DNA from: Thermovirgaceae bacterium
GTDB taxonomy: Bacteria > Synergistota > Synergistia > Synergistales > Thermovirgaceae
Length of the DNA: 29,629 bases
NCBI GenBank assembly: GCA_046542505.1
Contig: JBKHBH010000019.1
Location: 1-29,629, forward strand
Reading direction: 5' to 3'
The position numbers were made by a program, and so were the translations under genes. Below the pieces are notes generated by a model. The model was not told the origin of the DNA, searched no databases, and was given only the letters and a program-made list of their open reading frames with translations. Below are positions 26,285-29,629 of this stretch, piece after piece. Positions within the stretch are counted from its first letter, which is position 1. Each line of letters starts with the position of its first letter.

Positions 26285-26907
26285 TGCGCAAGCACCTCCT
26301 CGATCTTCTGGAGCGCGTCGGAGGTCACGATCAGGTGATCGTGATGCAGGAGATCGAAGACATTGATGCTGTCCACATGAAGCACCCTGGCTCCCGGTAT
26401 GTTGCTCATCGACTTGTAGGCCACAGGCTGCGATTGCCCGATCATCAAAAGCGGTTTTTTCCCGGCTTCTATTGCCTGGAAAAAGGACACCAGTTCCCGT
26501 GTCCTCGGTTTCTCCATGGCGAAGGTATCGAGAACCAAAAGGCGATCCTCGCGGACTTTAACGGAGAGTGCACTTCTGAGCGCCAGGCGCCGAACCTTCC
26601 GGTTTACCTTCTGGTGATAGTCCCGCGGCTTCGGACCATGGGTCACGCCGCCCCCCGTCCAGATTGGCGACCTGATACTGCCGTGGCGCGCGCGGCCGGT
26701 GTGTTTCTGCCTCCAGGGCTTGCGCCCGCCTCCACGGACTTCACTCCGTGTCTTTGTCGAATTAGTCCCCTGTCTTTTATTGGCCAACTGGGCCACGACG
26801 ACCTGGTGCATGGCAGGGACATGAACAGGAGCCGCAAAAACCTCATCTGACAATTCCTGCTCTCCGACAACTTCTCCCTTGAGGTTAACTACCTTGACTG
26901 TCGGCAT
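26281..26907 (-). CDS. rplD: 50S ribosomal protein L4
   Basis: TKTRSEVRGGGRKPWRQK.TGRAR.GS.RSP, GPKPR. Confidence 0.98.
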   Translation of the reverse strand: MPTVKVVNLKGEVVGEQELSDEVFAAPVHVPAMHQVVVAQLANKRQGTNSTKTRSEVRGGGRKPWRQKHTGRARHGSIRSPIWTGGGVTHGPKPRDYHQKVNRKVRRLALRSALSVKVREDRLLVLDTFAMEKPRTRELVSFFQAIEAGKKPLLMIGQSQPVAYKSMSNIPGARVLHVDSINVFDLLHHDHLIVTSDALQKIEEVLAQ

Positions 26908-26920
26908 TCTCTCTGCCCCC

Positions 26921-27559
26921 CTACTCCGGTGACCCTTTGCGCTTGCGAACCATCACAAGTCCGTTTCTCGGACCCGGTATGGCCCCTTTGATCAGCAGGA
27001 GATGATTTTCCGGATCCACACCGGCAACGGAGAGATTCTTGACGGTTACTCTCCTGTTCCCCATTCTCCCCGGCATGGTTTTCCCCTTGAAAATGTGACT
27101 CGGGGAACTGCTTCCACCCGCGGACCCGGGCTGCCGATGGAACTTTGATGAACCGTGACTCGCCGGGCCTCCTCTGAAGTGGTGTCGCTTCATGACTCCG
27201 GCGAACCCCTTGCCCTTGCTGCGACCTATCACGTCAACTATTTCACCGTCTTCGAAAATGTCCACGGTAATGTCCTGACCGACATCAAGGCCCGAGGTGT
27301 CTTCAATCCTGAACTCCCTTAACCAGCGTTTCGGCTGGATCTTCTGCTTCTGGAAAACACCCTTTTGCGGCCTGTTCATGCGTGTTTCCTTGACGTCACC
27401 GAAACCGACCACCACGGCACTGTATCCGTTTTCCTCCCTGGTCCTGATATCGACGACGCTGCAGGGACCAGCCTCTACGACGGTCATGGGGACGTTTACC
27501 CCGTTTTCGTCGAAAATCTGGGTCATCCCAAGTTTGCGTCCCAAAATTCCCATGCTCAT
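26921..27559 (-). CDS. rplC: 50S ribosomal protein L3
   Basis: GRKLGMTQIF, SKGKGFAGVMKR, MPGRMG, KGAIPG. Confidence 0.98.
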   Translation of the reverse strand: MSMGILGRKLGMTQIFDENGVNVPMTVVEAGPCSVVDIRTREENGYSAVVVGFGDVKETRMNRPQKGVFQKQKIQPKRWLREFRIEDTSGLDVGQDITVDIFEDGEIVDVIGRSKGKGFAGVMKRHHFRGGPASHGSSKFHRQPGSAGGSSSPSHIFKGKTMPGRMGNRRVTVKNLSVAGVDPENHLLLIKGAIPGPRNGLVMVRKRKGSPE

Positions 27560-27593
27560 GTCTTTATACGCTCCTTTCAGCCCAGAGCTCCCC

Positions 27594-27899
27594 CTAAAGC
27601 TTGATCTGTATGTCCACTCCCGAGGGGAGGTTCAGCTGCATAAGCGATTCCATCGTCTTCTGCGTCGGGTCGATGATGTCGATCAACCGCTTATGAGTCC
27701 TCATTTCAAACTGTTCCCGTGCATCCTTGTCCTTGTGCGGCGATTTGAGGACAGTGAACTTGTTGATCTCCGTCGGCAACGGAATCGGTCCGGAAACTTT
27801 CGCCCCCGTCCGCTGGGCCGTTTCTGCAATCTGGTGTGCTGACGAATCCAGGGCCCTGTGATCGAAGGCTTTCAGCTTGATACGAATGTTTTTTGCCAC
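27594..27899 (-). CDS. rpsJ: 30S ribosomal protein S10
   Basis: [36 protein letters not shown] start. Confidence 0.98.
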   Translation of the reverse strand: MAKNIRIKLKAFDHRALDSSAHQIAETAQRTGAKVSGPIPLPTEINKFTVLKSPHKDKDAREQFEMRTHKRLIDIIDPTQKTMESLMQLNLPSGVDIQIKL

Positions 27900-27919
27900 C
27901 GTCTTTTCCCCCTTTGGGG

Positions 27920-29125
27920 CTAGTCGTCCAATATTTCCGTAACGACGCCTGCGCCGACGGTCCGGCCGCCCTCGCGAACGGCGAAGCGGAGTCCCTGCTC
28001 AAGCGCCACAGGCACGATCAGGTTCACTTCAAAGGTCGCGTTGTCTCCGGGCATGACCATCTCCACTCCATCGGGAAGCTTGATGTCGCCCGTCACGTCC
28101 GTGGTCCTGAAGTAAAACTGCGGCTTGTATCCCGTGAAAAACGGCGTGTGACGGCCGCCTTCCTCTTTCTTCAGCACGTACACCTCGGCCTTGAAATGCC
28201 GGTGCGGCGTGATGCTGCCGGGTTTCGCCAGCACCTGGCCACGCTCCACGTCGTCCTTGCCGATCCCGCGAAGAAGTACGCCGACGTTGTCCCCAGCCAG
28301 CGCGTCGTCAAGAATCTTCCGGAACATCTCAAGCGACGTGGCAACCGTCTTCCGGATGTCTTCCCGCATGCCCACGATCGCGATCTCGTCGCCGCCATGG
28401 ATCTTGCCTCGCTCCACGCGGCCCGTCACTACCGTGCCACGGCCCGTGATGGTGAACACGTCCTCTATGGGCATCAAAAAGGGCTTGTCCACGTCGCGCT
28501 CGGGATCCGGGATGTAGCTGTCGCACGCGTCCATGAGCTCCCAGATCGACTTCGACCACTCGCCCTCTCGGCTTACGTCGTCGCTCTCCAGGGCCTTCAG
28601 CGCAGAACCCCGAATGATCGGAACGTCGTCGCCGGGAAACTCGTACTGGTTCAGAAGATCACGGATCTCCATCTCAACCAGGTCCAGAAGTTCCTCGTCG
28701 TCCACCTGGTCCACCTTGTTCATGTATACCACCAGCGCCGGCACGTTCACCTGGCGCGCCAGAAGCACGTGCTCCCGTGTCTGCGGCATCGGGCCGTCCG
28801 CCGCCGACACCACTAGAATCGCACCGTCCATCTGCGCAGCCCCGGTGATCATGTTCTTGATGTAGTCCGCGTGACCCGGGCAGTCGATGTGGGCATAGTG
28901 ACGGTTTTCCGTCTGGTACTCCACGTGCGCGATGTTGATCGTGATCCCGCGCTCCCGCTCCTCAGGCGCCTTGTCGATCATGTCAAAGGGCGTGAAGTCC
29001 GCCCAACCCTGCGATCCCAGGGTCTTCGTGATCGCCGCCGTCAGCGTCGTCTTCCCGTGGTCAATGTGACCTATCGTCCCAATGTTCAAGTGAGGCTTCG
29101 ATCTGTCAAAATGTGCCTTCGCCAT
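27920..29125 (-). CDS. tuf: Elongation factor Tu
   Basis: [40 protein letters not shown]. Confidence 0.99.
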   Translation of the reverse strand: MAKAHFDRSKPHLNIGTIGHIDHGKTTLTAAITKTLGSQGWADFTPFDMIDKAPEERERGITINIAHVEYQTENRHYAHIDCPGHADYIKNMITGAAQMDGAILVVSAADGPMPQTREHVLLARQVNVPALVVYMNKVDQVDDEELLDLVEMEIRDLLNQYEFPGDDVPIIRGSALKALESDDVSREGEWSKSIWELMDACDSYIPDPERDVDKPFLMPIEDVFTITGRGTVVTGRVERGKIHGGDEIAIVGMREDIRKTVATSLEMFRKILDDALAGDNVGVLLRGIGKDDVERGQVLAKPGSITPHRHFKAEVYVLKKEEGGRHTPFFTGYKPQFYFRTTDVTGDIKLPDGVEMVMPGDNATFEVNLIVPVALEQGLRFAVREGGRTVGAGVVTEILDD

Positions 29126-29183
29126 TTCTGGAGAACCTCCCCGTTACGTTTTCCCTTTCGGGTTCCTTTAGTTACGCTGGATG

Positions 29184-29192
29184 ATTGTATCA
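29184..29192 (-). promoter_or_regulatory. Extended -10 promoter candidate for tuf and the ribosomal cluster
   Basis: TG-A-TACAAT about 60 nt upstream of the tuf ATG. No good -35. Confidence 0.5.
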
Positions 29193-29208
29193 CAGCTTCA
29201 TACAGACC

Positions 29209-29251
29209 AAAAGAGACCCGGTCAGGCGCAAGTCACGTCCCGGATCTCTTT
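29209..29251 (-). terminator. Terminator-like hairpin after tRNA-Thr
   Basis: AAAGAGATCCGG...CCGGGTCTCTTTT on the minus strand, starting 8 nt after the tRNA CCA. Confidence 0.6.
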
Positions 29252-29258
29252 ATAAACA

Positions 29259-29334
29259 TGGAGCCGACTTCCGGACTCGAACCGGAGACCCCATCCTTAC
29301 CATGGATGTGCTCTACCTGCTGAGCTAAGTCGGC
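29259..29334 (-). tRNA. tRNA-Thr(GGT), 76 nt, encoded CCA
   Basis: Acceptor stem GCCGACT/AGTCGGC, anticodon arm CATCC-ATGGTAA-GGATG, T loop GGTTCGAGTCC. Confidence 0.98.
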
Positions 29335-29348
29335 TTGTCTTGTCAGAG

Positions 29349-29434
29349 TGGTGGGGGGAGGAGGATTCGAACCTCCGTAGACGTATGTCGGCAGATTTAC
29401 AGTCTGCTGCCTTTGACCGCTCGGCCATCCCCCC
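29349..29434 (-). tRNA. tRNA-Tyr(GTA), 86 nt, long variable arm, encoded CCA
   Basis: Acceptor stem GGGGGGA/TCCCCCC, anticodon arm GCAGA-CTGTAAA-TCTGC, T loop GGTTCGAATCC. Confidence 0.98.
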
Positions 29435-29483
29435 ACGCAGGTGCCCTGTGGGGCCTTTCACGTGCAATTTTCGCACCTGAAGT

Positions 29484-29511
29484 ATCTTATCAACTTCATC
29501 CAAGTTGTCAA
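29484..29511 (-). promoter_or_regulatory. sigma70 promoter of the tRNA pair
   Basis: TTGACA (29511-29506), 16-nt spacer, TAAGAT (29489-29484) preceded by TGn. A 16-nt spacer is typical of stable-RNA promoters. Confidence 0.75.
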
Positions 29512-29629
29512 GAGAGAGTCTTTTCCAACCATGGTATGAGTCTGAAGAGGGGTTCTATTTCGATCGAGCCCCTGAACTGCTGTAAAAAGGTCGTCTGAAA
29601 AAGGCGGCAGTCGGTGGGAAGACAAAAAA

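Noticed and set aside
27893..28816. 307-aa plus-strand ORF antisense to tuf, and similar ORFs at 2452, 4579, 5132, 13732 and 15941
   Set aside because: Antisense shadows in GC-rich coding DNA, with no protein-like features.
29233..29598. Short ORFs overlapping the tRNAs
   Set aside because: Spurious translations of tRNA and promoter sequence.
1..29629. Mobile elements, prophage, defence systems, rRNA
   Set aside because: No transposase, integrase, nuclease or phage motifs and no rRNA-like sequence were seen. Nearly all bases are accounted for by housekeeping genes.

Overview
Bacterial core-genome window, about 55% GC by eye, with 48 CDS, almost all on the minus strand. It is probably from a diderm Synergistota-like anaerobe (inference: Skp/OmpH together with a Firmicutes-style ecfA1A2T-truA block, zinc-type S4/S14/Adk and DUF3084). 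Read right to left on the minus strand: a sigma70 promoter, tRNA-Tyr(GTA), tRNA-Thr(GGT), tuf, the uninterrupted S10-spc-alpha ribosomal supercluster (rpsJ to rplQ, including secY, adk, map, a KOW/L14e-like gene, infA and rpoA), ecfA1-ecfA2-ecfT-truA, mreB plus a YkgJ-family gene, an L-lysine 6-transaminase-like gene, then DUF3084 / Zn-ribbon / GNAT / metK / comF, a plus-strand DUF3343 gene, skp, and a Cof-type HAD hydrolase that runs off the window. I see no mobile element, CRISPR array or defence island, and cannot support a clearly new multi-gene system. Best leads: (i) a hybrid tufB-upstream/tufA-downstream arrangement (tRNAs-tuf-rpsJ without rpsL-rpsG-fusA); (ii) an unannotated decayed livF remnant with relic promoter/operator features at 749-1148; (iii) an exact 15-bp TATAAT-containing direct repeat between skp and DUF3343; (iv) candidate structured RNAs before metK and between infA and rpmJ; (v) the Zn-ribbon/GNAT/metK module and the orphan lat gene. 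All family calls come from motif recognition, not database searches. Many starts were moved from the ORF track using RBS position.
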